Notes under the pieces: model-generated
What the model was told of the DNA's origin: nothing
The model's input: the letters and a program-made list of their open reading frames with translations, nothing else
Databases searched by the model: none
Part shown: piece by piece, positions 26,176 through 35,025 of the stretch
Numbering within the stretch: position 1 is the stretch's first letter
Layout of the letters: the number at the start of each line of letters is the position of its first letter
Position numbers and translations under genes: made by a program
Assembly: GCA_964645535.1 (NCBI GenBank)
Contig: CAZYCQ010000015.1
Location: 443-53,891, forward strand
DNA length: 53,449 nt
Direction of reading: 5' to 3'
Source of the DNA: an uncultured archaeon
Lineage (GTDB): Archaea > Asgardarchaeota > Heimdallarchaeia > Heimdallarchaeales > Kariarchaeaceae

Positions 26176-28359
26176 GTGATTATTGAACTGGTTTCCTCGA
26201 AACTTGGGTTGGAAAATGAGGTTGTCAAAAATATCCAGGAACTTGTTGCATCAGGGGCAACCATACCATTTATTGCCAGATACAGGAAAGAAATGACTGG
26301 CTCACTTGATGAAACCAAGATACGCGAGGTGGTTCAGGAACTTGAACGAGCGAATACGTTAATGACCAGAAAGGAAAGAATCTTGAATTCGCTTGAAGAG
26401 AGGGGATTGCTGACTGAAGATCTGAAACGCTTGGTGGCGTCTTCCAAGACATTGGCAGAACTTGAAGCAGTCTATTCCCCGTATAAAACCACAAAAAAAA
26501 CATTGGCACAACAGGCACGAGAAAAAGGCATTGATGAACTGGTTAACATTATCCTTAAATCTCCTTCGAAAACCAAAGCATTGATCCAATCCTTTGCTGA
26601 AATGAAAAAATTGCCAGAAGAGGAGCTTGAAGAAGGTATTGTACATATTTTCGCAGAAACCATGGCCAATGACTATGATGCCAGACAACGTACTCTTTCC
26701 GTCTCAAAGATAAAAGGTTCTATCGCCAATAAAATTATCTCCCCCGAAAAAAGGAAAGCAAAAAAAGGATATGAAGGTCAAGAAAACAAGGAATCGAAAT
26801 TATGCAATGAGGATGTCATTGTCCCTCTCAGGAAAATTCTTCCACATCAGATCCAAGCGTTTCAAAAGGCGGAAAATAGAGGGCAAATACGGATCGTCTG
26901 GGATTTGCCTGAAACTGAGATACATGGGTTTCTAGTCAATGTCATCCAGTCAAAGGTTGGACGTATGGATCACAAACTTTCAGATCTTGTATCCCAAAGT
27001 GCAGTTTCCAGCTTCAAGAGGCTCGTGAAACCCAGTATTACACGACAAATTTATCGTGAGCTCATAGAAGTCGCGGAACAACATGCAATTAAGGTGTTTA
27101 CTTCCAACCTGCGAAAACTGCTGATGCAGCCTCCCTTAAAAGGTAAAAAAATAATGGGTCTGGATCCCGGTCTACGGACTGGCACCAAAGCGGCAATAAT
27201 TGATGAAAAGGGTGATGTTCTTTGGACAGGAACATTTGATACCTTGAGGTCAACCTACGCTTATGAAAAAATTCATGAGAAAGTGAATGAGTATGGCGTT
27301 GAGTTCATTGCATTAGGGAATGGCACCGGTTCGCGAGATGTTGAAGAAATAATAAAGAAAGTCATCAGCAATGCTTCATGCGACTATTCCATTGTTTCCG
27401 AAGCAGGGGCTTCCGTGTATTCAGCAAGTGAAATTGCCCAAGAAGAATTTCCTGAACTTGATGTGTCAATTCGTGGTGCCATCTCGATAGCACGACGATT
27501 GCAGGATCCTTTGGCCGAGCTTGTCAAGGTAGATCCTCGATCACTTGGTGTGGGACAGTATCAACATGATATTGATCAAAAGAAATTAAAGAAAGCTTTG
27601 GAAGATACTTTGGAAGAAGTAGTCAATCTCGTTGGGGTTGATGTAAATACTGCATCATGGCCATTGCTGTCCTATGTGGCTGGGCTTTCAAAGAGTACTG
27701 CCAAAAACATCATTGAATTCAGAAAAGAAAATGGCTCCATAAAAAGTCGAAATATGGTCCAGAAAATAAAGGGAATTGGTTCCAAAACATTTGAACAATG
27801 TGCAGGTTTTCTCAGGATTTTTAATGGTGAGAACCCCTTGGATTCAACCCCCATTCATCCCGAATCTTATAATATTGCCCAACAAATCTTGGATCGTTTG
27901 CAATTGAGTCTATCCGATCTCACAACGGATCGTTTCCACAACACACAGGTCAAGAAGTTTTTTTCAAAGTCGGAACTCGTTGAACTGGCCTCTTCCCTCA
28001 ATGTTGGTATTCCCACCCTCCTTGATATTCTGGATGCTCTTCAAAATCCCCTAAAAGACCCTCGAGGTGAATTCAGAAAGATTACCTTCGATCCAAAGGT
28101 CAAATCCATTGAGGATTTGGAACCCGGAATGGTTCTAAATGGAGAAGTAAGGAATGTCACTGATTTTGGTGCTTTTATTGACATTGGTGTCAAAAGGGAT
28201 GCATTGGTACACATTTCGCAACTGGCAGACAAATTCGTCAAGCATCCCAGTGACATTGTCTCTGTTGGAGATCGGGTTAGGGTTCGTATTCTCAAAGTTG
28301 ATGATGGCAGAATCTCGGGTTCCTTAAAAGGAATGGATCAACTCCAAAAAGAAAATTAG
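26176..28359 (+). CDS. tex: Tex family RNA-binding transcriptional accessory protein (YqgF, HhH and S1 domains)
   Basis: GATIPFIARYRKEMTGSLDE, GLDPGLRTG, GNGTGSR, SEAGASVYSAS, ARRLQDPLAELVK, GVGQYQHD, IHPESY and a C-terminal S1 domain (NVTDFGAFIDIG). Confidence 0.95.
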   Translation: MIIELVSSKLGLENEVVKNIQELVASGATIPFIARYRKEMTGSLDETKIREVVQELERANTLMTRKERILNSLEERGLLTEDLKRLVASSKTLAELEAVYSPYKTTKKTLAQQAREKGIDELVNIILKSPSKTKALIQSFAEMKKLPEEELEEGIVHIFAETMANDYDARQRTLSVSKIKGSIANKIISPEKRKAKKGYEGQENKESKLCNEDVIVPLRKILPHQIQAFQKAENRGQIRIVWDLPETEIHGFLVNVIQSKVGRMDHKLSDLVSQSAVSSFKRLVKPSITRQIYRELIEVAEQHAIKVFTSNLRKLLMQPPLKGKKIMGLDPGLRTGTKAAIIDEKGDVLWTGTFDTLRSTYAYEKIHEKVNEYGVEFIALGNGTGSRDVEEIIKKVISNASCDYSIVSEAGASVYSASEIAQEEFPELDVSIRGAISIARRLQDPLAELVKVDPRSLGVGQYQHDIDQKKLKKALEDTLEEVVNLVGVDVNTASWPLLSYVAGLSKSTAKNIIEFRKENGSIKSRNMVQKIKGIGSKTFEQCAGFLRIFNGENPLDSTPIHPESYNIAQQILDRLQLSLSDLTTDRFHNTQVKKFFSKSELVELASSLNVGIPTLLDILDALQNPLKDPRGEFRKITFDPKVKSIEDLEPGMVLNGEVRNVTDFGAFIDIGVKRDALVHISQLADKFVKHPSDIVSVGDRVRVRILKVDDGRISGSLKGMDQLQKEN

Positions 28360-28425
28360 AAAACTTTTATACCTTGAAAATAAACTACTTCCTGTCATCG
28401 AAGATAGTCTAGGAGATGCCCATCC

Positions 28426-30600
28426 ATGATGAGTGAACGAACCGAACTCTCCCTTCCGGGATATTACAAATTTATATTTGAAGCCATCCCAGAAAATGAT
28501 AAAGAAAGTTTCATGATTACATGGGAAAGACTTGACCTTACCAATGACCCCTATGTTGATTTAGCGAATGCCATCAGGGAAACCCTGAAGGTCTGGAAAA
28601 AACCTCATCCTCTTTGGCTTTATATCCTTTCTAGAATTACCTTTACTCAATCCGACTACAAGGGTCTAGAATCTTTATACGAGAGATATCCAAATGATGA
28701 CAGCACTAAACTCTATATGGCACGGTTGAAAATCTATCAGACTCAATTCGAAGCTGCAAGAAAACTTTGTGAGGAAATCATGCTTAGAATCGATCTAGAT
28801 CGAGAAAGTACACTCATTGATGCGGTTCTCCTACTAGACACCTTGTTCACCCTTGGTTTAATTGAGATTTACACTAGGAATTTTGAAAGGGCATCTGAAA
28901 TCATTCAAGAGTATGAAAACTGGACTGACCAACATAAGGTCAAAAAATGGATTCCTCGAGAAGAATTTGCTAGTTTTCTTATTCCTCCATATCTTTTGCG
29001 TGCATTAAGTGCATTATATACAGGGCATTTTGAACAGCTTTCTTCAACGATCCATGAAGTCAAAAATTGGTTTGATGGGGTGAATGACCTCTGGTATCGT
29101 GGATTTTACCTGAACCTTTCAGGAATCTCCAACATCATGGCCAATGATGTCAAAAAAGGAATCGATGATCTTCAAGAGGCATTGAATTGCTATCGGATTT
29201 TGAAAGATCGGAGAGACTATTCTGTAGTCGGTGCCAATCTTGCAGTTACATTGATCTTGCAAGGAAGAAGATCTCAAGGAAGGGAAGTTCTTGAATCTCT
29301 TCTAGATCCTCTTGAAGAACTCCAAAACTATATTTTGGCTCTTACGCATACTCTTTTGGTAAGTAAAATCTATATGGACGAACGAAAATTCAACAAGGCC
29401 CAGCAACTTCTCAATCGGGCCGAAAAATTGGCGAAGAAAACCGAAATCAAGGAACCTGCCACATTTGCATACTTTGCCATCCTGCATTCAAGGCTTCGCA
29501 ATACTGAAAGGGCTGAATTTTACAACAAAAGGCTCAAATCCATGGTTGATCCGGAATTTCTCGACTTCAAGGGAGACATCAAAATACCTGAAAGAAAGCA
29601 GGGAAAGGACTTTTACACCCTTATTTGGTACCTCAATGCCACATCAATTCAATCCATGGTTGAGGGCAACCTTAAGGAATCCTATTCCATCCTGACTAAG
29701 GCATTGGAAATTGCAGAAAAAGAAAATATGTATGATTCGGTACTAGAGCTTTCCACCGTTTTTGTTGAAGTGATTCTCAAACGGCATCTGGTTGAAGCGG
29801 ATCAAAAATACCTTCGAGAGGCAATCGATGTGATTGCTGATTTGCGACCACTGATACTTCAAATTGAGAATCCATATTATAACACCTTGATTTTTCTGAC
29901 ACAAATCTATATTTTAATCGCTTTAGATGAAATATCTGCCGCTCAAAACTTGGCGGATGAAGTTCAAGATCTGTATTTGGCTACTGCCAGTGATCTAAGT
30001 GGTGATCAGTCATATGAGCTTGAATTGGTTACCAAGAGACTTGCTTCCCTTTCAGGACCACGACGGCCAGAAGAAGAGGAAATTGGCTTGAATGTCTGGT
30101 TCTTGGGAAATTCATATTACCGTCAAGTTGCCACGTTAGAGGCCATTCGGTTAATCAATGATTTACAGATGCAACAGAGTGCCATTGGTGAAAAGCCGAA
30201 AGAAGTCAATGTCAGACCCTCCATGATCCTTCTCTCTAAATCCACCGGGCAAAGTATCTTCTCCATCAAACTCAATGAGGATGACAATATTGATGATCAG
30301 CTTGTTTCTGCCTTACTTATGGCGATTTCCTCATTCTCAAAGGAAGTACTTGGTGGAGGATCACTGAATAAGATTGAACAAGAAGGTCATATCCTTCTTC
30401 TAGAGCATATTTCCAATGGATACACTGCGGTTATTGTTGTAAACGAGGATTCCTACTCCCTCCGTAAGAAGTTCAAGAGGCTCGTAAATGAACTCAAAAT
30501 GCTCAGGATTACTGAATATTTTGAAGTCGAGACTCTTCTCTCTCCTGGTGATCCTCAATACGAATTGATCCGTGGCATTATTGAAGATATTTTCAATTAA
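28426..30600 (+). CDS. TPR-like helical repeat protein with C-terminal longin/roadblock-like domain
   Basis: Long alpha-helical repeat region. The C-terminal GQSIFS...DDQLVSALLMAISSFSKEVL...LLLEH pattern is typical of Asgard longin-like domains. Confidence 0.7.
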   Translation: MMSERTELSLPGYYKFIFEAIPENDKESFMITWERLDLTNDPYVDLANAIRETLKVWKKPHPLWLYILSRITFTQSDYKGLESLYERYPNDDSTKLYMARLKIYQTQFEAARKLCEEIMLRIDLDRESTLIDAVLLLDTLFTLGLIEIYTRNFERASEIIQEYENWTDQHKVKKWIPREEFASFLIPPYLLRALSALYTGHFEQLSSTIHEVKNWFDGVNDLWYRGFYLNLSGISNIMANDVKKGIDDLQEALNCYRILKDRRDYSVVGANLAVTLILQGRRSQGREVLESLLDPLEELQNYILALTHTLLVSKIYMDERKFNKAQQLLNRAEKLAKKTEIKEPATFAYFAILHSRLRNTERAEFYNKRLKSMVDPEFLDFKGDIKIPERKQGKDFYTLIWYLNATSIQSMVEGNLKESYSILTKALEIAEKENMYDSVLELSTVFVEVILKRHLVEADQKYLREAIDVIADLRPLILQIENPYYNTLIFLTQIYILIALDEISAAQNLADEVQDLYLATASDLSGDQSYELELVTKRLASLSGPRRPEEEEIGLNVWFLGNSYYRQVATLEAIRLINDLQMQQSAIGEKPKEVNVRPSMILLSKSTGQSIFSIKLNEDDNIDDQLVSALLMAISSFSKEVLGGGSLNKIEQEGHILLLEHISNGYTAVIVVNEDSYSLRKKFKRLVNELKMLRITEYFEVETLLSPGDPQYELIRGIIEDIFN

Positions 30601-31124
30601 TCTTCTCCATAAAGTTCATCCATGAATTCTTTCTGTAGTCTAACCACTTCTTTTGAATCAGTTGCTCTAGAATACGCATCCAACCTGTCATAATTCAAAT
30701 CAATGAATGTCTGACCGTATTTGAATGCCTTGGCTATTCTTGTTGCATCCTGCTCAAATCCCAAGATCCAAAGCGCTGAAATTATGGCTTCTGCCGTATT
30801 TAATTTGGTGGGTTTCCCAAAATTAACAGTGTTCGCGGCAACAAGAAAAGGAAGTGCTCGAGGTGTGCCGAGTGAGAAGAGGGAATACAGTGTGTCTATC
30901 TGATTCCAACTTCCATCAATGCCTACAAGGCCAAATTCCGCGAAAATGTCGCGATCACTGGGTGAAAGGGCGATTGACGTAGTTGGTGAGAGGACAATGG
31001 CCTTCTTTATTGCCTGTTTCCGTATCCGTTTGGCAAAACCTAGCTTCAATAAACGATGCCCAGAACACTTTTTGATGTCACATTGATTCAAATATATGAT
31101 TTTGATTTTAGAAAGTGGATCCAT
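30597..31124 (-). CDS. tsr3: SSU rRNA aminocarboxypropyltransferase Tsr3
   Basis: QCDIKKCSG, LSPSD, DGSW, RALPFLVAANTVNFGKPTKLNTAEA, FKYGQTFIDLN. Start likely ATG 31124 (track 31151). Confidence 0.93.
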   Translation of the reverse strand: MDPLSKIKIIYLNQCDIKKCSGHRLLKLGFAKRIRKQAIKKAIVLSPTTSIALSPSDRDIFAEFGLVGIDGSWNQIDTLYSLFSLGTPRALPFLVAANTVNFGKPTKLNTAEAIISALWILGFEQDATRIAKAFKYGQTFIDLNYDRLDAYSRATDSKEVVRLQKEFMDELYGED

Positions 31125-31127
31125 TAC

Positions 31128-31143
31128 CATGATTGCAATCATG
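31128..31143. promoter_or_regulatory. Perfect 16-bp palindrome CATGATTGCAATCATG, candidate operator between tsr3 and bshA
   Basis: Self-complementary and in a divergent promoter region. A near-identical copy lies at 41941-41956. Confidence 0.5.
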
Positions 31144-31225
31144 ATGGTCATAAAAACATTTTACCTTTCTCCCAAGGCATTGGGTGGGAAGCCCAAATTT
31201 TTATCTATTTGGAATTGAATTCTGA

Positions 31226-32329
31226 TTGTTGAGAATTGGAATTGTAGGCTATCCCACTTTAGGTGGAAGTGGGATGGTTGCTGCTTCTTTGGCAAAGGAA
31301 TTGGCCAAAAGAGGATTTGAGGTTCATTTTTTCTCTTACAAGATTCCATTTCCCATGGTTGATGATCCCCACATTTCCAACTTCCATTTTCATCGCGTGA
31401 ATCTGGAAACATATCCCCTTTTTCGAGAAACAGGAATGAATTATGGATTTCAACTTGCAAGTTGCCTGCTTAAGGTAGCAAGAACAAAGACTTTGGACTT
31501 AATCAATACGCACTATGCAATTCCCCATGCGATGAGTGCAGTGCTTGCCAGAATCGAAACAGGGATTCCCGTAGTAAATACCCTTCATGGTTCAGATGTA
31601 CATACCCTTGGAAATTCTCCCAGCTTCAAGGAAACATTGCGTATGGTTCTAAAGAGAGCACGAACGACAGCAGTATCTGGTTTTCTTGCAAACATGGCCA
31701 AGGATGTTTTCGAATTGGATAGGTCTCCAAAGGTGATCTACAATTTTGTTGATGCCAATAAATTCACACCGAAAAAGGAAAAAGAAAACCTTACAATTGT
31801 TGCAGCCGGAAATTTTCGCCCAGTGAAAAACTTTCCTTTTCTTGTCGAATGTTATGCGGAATTGGCCAAGGAATATCCTGACTGGAAATTACGTATGATT
31901 GGTGATGGGCCTGAACGCCCTCTTTGCTTCAAAATTGCCATGAAACTGGATATTGCTGACCATGTGGAATTTATCCCTCCCACCAAAGACATTCCTTCTG
32001 AATTTGCCAACGCTTCTATCTTGGCGGCTCCAAGCAAAACTGAATCCTTCGGATTAACCATTGCAGAAGGCATGTCTTCAGGACTTCCGATTTGGGCTTC
32101 TAATGTGGGAGGAATTCCAGAGGTCTGTATTGATGGAGAAAACGGGCTTTTGTTCAACCCCCAAAACAAGAAAGAAGGTGTTGAAAAGCTGAGAATTTTG
32201 ATGGATGATCCCACTTTACGTTCAAAACTAGGTTCTGCGTCCAGACAACGAATTATAAAGCATTTTCATCCCGATAAAATCTTGTTAGATTATATTGAAG
32301 AGTTTAAGACCGCTCTTGATTCTTCATAG
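31226..32329 (+). CDS. bshA: N-acetyl-alpha-D-glucosaminyl L-malate synthase (GT4), bacillithiol step 1
   Basis: BshA-specific motifs IGIVGYPTLGGSGMVA, HYAIPHA, TLHGSDV, VIYNFVD, NFRPVK, GDGPE and ESFGL. Confidence 0.88.
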   Translation: MLRIGIVGYPTLGGSGMVAASLAKELAKRGFEVHFFSYKIPFPMVDDPHISNFHFHRVNLETYPLFRETGMNYGFQLASCLLKVARTKTLDLINTHYAIPHAMSAVLARIETGIPVVNTLHGSDVHTLGNSPSFKETLRMVLKRARTTAVSGFLANMAKDVFELDRSPKVIYNFVDANKFTPKKEKENLTIVAAGNFRPVKNFPFLVECYAELAKEYPDWKLRMIGDGPERPLCFKIAMKLDIADHVEFIPPTKDIPSEFANASILAAPSKTESFGLTIAEGMSSGLPIWASNVGGIPEVCIDGENGLLFNPQNKKEGVEKLRILMDDPTLRSKLGSASRQRIIKHFHPDKILLDYIEEFKTALDSS

Positions 32330-33902
32330 GACAAGAACCTGAACCTCCTCCTCCTGGTGTCTGGATGATCAGACGATCTCCTTTTTTGCCTTCTGCACTT
32401 GCTCTTCCTCCTAATGGAATTTCTTTTCCATCGGTCTTAACCAATATATTCCTGCCCGGTTGCCCGTCTCCCCCTCCAAAAATTCCCCATGGCCTGAATT
32501 TTCTTCTTTCTGTCTGCAAGGAAACTGTCGTTTCTTCCCTGAATTCGATTTCCCTAACAATCCCATCCCCTCCTTTTCTTTTGCCGTCCCCTCCGGTTCC
32601 TCTACAGATTTCATATCTCCTGACGATCAATGGAAACTGCATCTCCAATGCCTCGATCGGCGTGTTTTCTGTGTTTGTCATGTGGCATTGGATCGCTGAG
32701 GTTCCATCTTGTAAGCAAGTGGCGCCGGAGCCACCACCGATCGTCTCATAAATGGTCCAATTTGTCCCGCGAACAGTTCCTCCCAAAAGAATGTTGTTCA
32801 TGGTTCCTTGTGACGCGGCGGGGAGCCACGGAATTAATTTACCCAATGCACCCAGTACAACATCTACAATCCTTTGACTGGTTTCTGTATTGGCACTTGA
32901 AGTGGCCGCCCTAAAATCGGGATTAACTACGCATCCTTTTGGTGCATGGATCCTAACAGGTTTAAAGCATCCCCAATTTGTCGGAACATCTCTCCCTGTA
33001 AGAAGACGAATGACATAGTAAACCCCAGCAGTAGTGATTGAAAATGGTGCATTGACATTTCCTTTAGTCTGCGGATCGCTTCCAGAAAAATCAAAGGAAA
33101 TGGTGTTGTCATCATTGATGATGACCTTACAACAAATTTTCACAGGTTTGTCCGAAATTCCATCGGAATCTAAATAATCCTCGAAAAAAGCTTCTCCTTT
33201 GGGAAATTCTGCGATTTTTTCTCTTGTACCCCGTTCCGAATCCGCAAATAACCGTTCATGGAGTTTTTCAATATCTGCAAATTCTCCCAATTCCAGAAGT
33301 TCAGAAAGCCTTCTGACACCAAGCATCAATGCACCATATTGGGCATTAAGATCTCCCTTTCGTTCCATAGGTGTTCTGACATTTTCCAAAATGAGCTCCA
33401 TTACATCTTGGTTTATCTTTCCTTTTCTGAACAACCTGATTGGTGGAATTATCAATCCTTCTTGATAGACTTCCGTGGAATGAGGTGGAAGTGAACCCGG
33501 CACCATCCCACCAATATCCGCATGATGGGCTCGATTTGCAACGATATATTTCAATTCCCCCTTATGGAAAACTGGTGCGAGAAGAGAAACATCTGGTAGA
33601 TGGGTTCCACCAAATTCTGATCTTGGTGAATTCACGACTATTGCATCTCCTTCTTCCCATTTTCCCTGAAACTTTTCCAATATTGGCTTTGCCACAAACC
33701 CCATGGATCCTAAATGGACTGGGATTGCTTCCGCTTGAGCCACGAGCCTTGCCTGTGCATCAAATATGGCACAGGAAAAATCCGCCCTTTCCTTGATATT
33801 CGGTGAATATGCCGTTTTTCTCAATACTTTTGCCATCTCTTCCGCAATTCCTTCAAGTCTGTTTTGGAAAACAGTTAATGTAATGGGATCTGGATTTGCC
33901 AC
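32304..33902 (-). CDS. hyuB: Hydantoinase B / 5-oxoprolinase subunit
   Basis: TAYSPNIKERADFSCA, IPVHLGSM, GGTHLPD, HHADIGG, QGTMNN, YETIGGG, HMTNT, TPGGGG. Confidence 0.94.
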   Translation of the reverse strand: MANPDPITLTVFQNRLEGIAEEMAKVLRKTAYSPNIKERADFSCAIFDAQARLVAQAEAIPVHLGSMGFVAKPILEKFQGKWEEGDAIVVNSPRSEFGGTHLPDVSLLAPVFHKGELKYIVANRAHHADIGGMVPGSLPPHSTEVYQEGLIIPPIRLFRKGKINQDVMELILENVRTPMERKGDLNAQYGALMLGVRRLSELLELGEFADIEKLHERLFADSERGTREKIAEFPKGEAFFEDYLDSDGISDKPVKICCKVIINDDNTISFDFSGSDPQTKGNVNAPFSITTAGVYYVIRLLTGRDVPTNWGCFKPVRIHAPKGCVVNPDFRAATSSANTETSQRIVDVVLGALGKLIPWLPAASQGTMNNILLGGTVRGTNWTIYETIGGGSGATCLQDGTSAIQCHMTNTENTPIEALEMQFPLIVRRYEICRGTGGDGKRKGGDGIVREIEFREETTVSLQTERRKFRPWGIFGGGDGQPGRNILVKTDGKEIPLGGRASAEGKKGDRLIIQTPGGGGSGSCPMKNQERS

Positions 33903-33957
33903 AAATCAATCTTTGAAACCTACAATAAAAGTTGATATAGAGGTCGCCGGTTTTCCG

Positions 33958-34872
33958 TCAAGCAAGATTCAAAATCTTTCCCAAACGTTCTGCATCTTCC
34001 AATGCCCGGTCTAATGATTTTTCTCCTTTTATTACGTCTCCTAGGGCGAATATTTGCGGATGGCTGGTTTGGTATTCATTTACTTCCACATGACCTGTGG
34101 GGTCAAGTTTAAGTAGATCCCTGAAGAGTTCAGTAGACGGCTGAGGTTCTCCTTCAATGAAAACCACCTGCACGTCTAGATTCTTTTCCACTTCTCCTTG
34201 CATGAACTTAACTCCTTCAACTACATCTGACCCATAGATTTCAATATCCTGGACGCTATTGAAAATTTCAACGTTGTCAAGTTTCATTAGGGCTTGGAAA
34301 TGAGGATTTTGTTCTGGAAGGTCATGTTCCAACCAAAGGACATTGACCTTTTTTACTATATTGGCAATATATCTGGCACTCTTCAAGGTATATTTGTGAT
34401 TGCCCACAATTGCAGCATGCCTTCCTCTAAAGAGGTTTGCATCACAAACTGCGCAGTCTGAAACTCCCTTGTGGAAAAATTCTTTTTCACCTTTGAACCC
34501 GAAGGACTGCTGATGAGCCCCCGTTGCAATTATTAGAAATTTAGCATGGAAATCAACCATTTTGGTCTTGACAAGTAGATATTCTCCTTCCTCTTTTACC
34601 GCTATCGCCTTGCTTGATCGATGCTTAGCGCCAGCAGCCTTAGCTTCCTTTAATGCATTTTCGATCCATTTCATTCCTTTGGTGTCTTTAGCTATCCTTT
34701 TCGAATCCTCTATGATTCCCGCCTTGGCGATTTGTGAATCATAGGGACTGCCTAAAATATACACATCCTTTCCATTTGCCGCAAGAATTTTACCTAATGT
34801 TAATCCGGATACACCTGCTCCCATGATCAAATAATCTGTCTGAATTGGCTCCTGAACAGGCTTTGCAAACAT
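33958..34872 (-). CDS. Thioredoxin-reductase-like flavoprotein with atypical NAD(P)H site
   Basis: FAD motif GAGVSG, IATGA, redox motif GVSDCAVCD, FALGDV. The usual GGGxxA is replaced by GNHKYT. Confidence 0.82.
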   Translation of the reverse strand: MFAKPVQEPIQTDYLIMGAGVSGLTLGKILAANGKDVYILGSPYDSQIAKAGIIEDSKRIAKDTKGMKWIENALKEAKAAGAKHRSSKAIAVKEEGEYLLVKTKMVDFHAKFLIIATGAHQQSFGFKGEKEFFHKGVSDCAVCDANLFRGRHAAIVGNHKYTLKSARYIANIVKKVNVLWLEHDLPEQNPHFQALMKLDNVEIFNSVQDIEIYGSDVVEGVKFMQGEVEKNLDVQVVFIEGEPQPSTELFRDLLKLDPTGHVEVNEYQTSHPQIFALGDVIKGEKSLDRALEDAERLGKILNLA

Positions 34873-35025
34873 ACCAAGATTTCTCTAGAGGCTAAATAAT
34901 CCTATTGGAATTGCTTCATCTTATGAATTAACAATTGATCAAAAATAAATCAATTTACGATTCTGTTCTTTTTTTTTTGAAGACAGGTTGTACCTCCACC
35001 ATCGTTATTAAAAGGAAATCGAAAA

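Noticed and set aside
33958-34872. Calling the flavoprotein YpdA (bacillithiol disulfide reductase)
   Set aside because: It has a TrxR-type CxxC and lacks an NADPH motif, unlike YpdA. Kept as TrxR-like.
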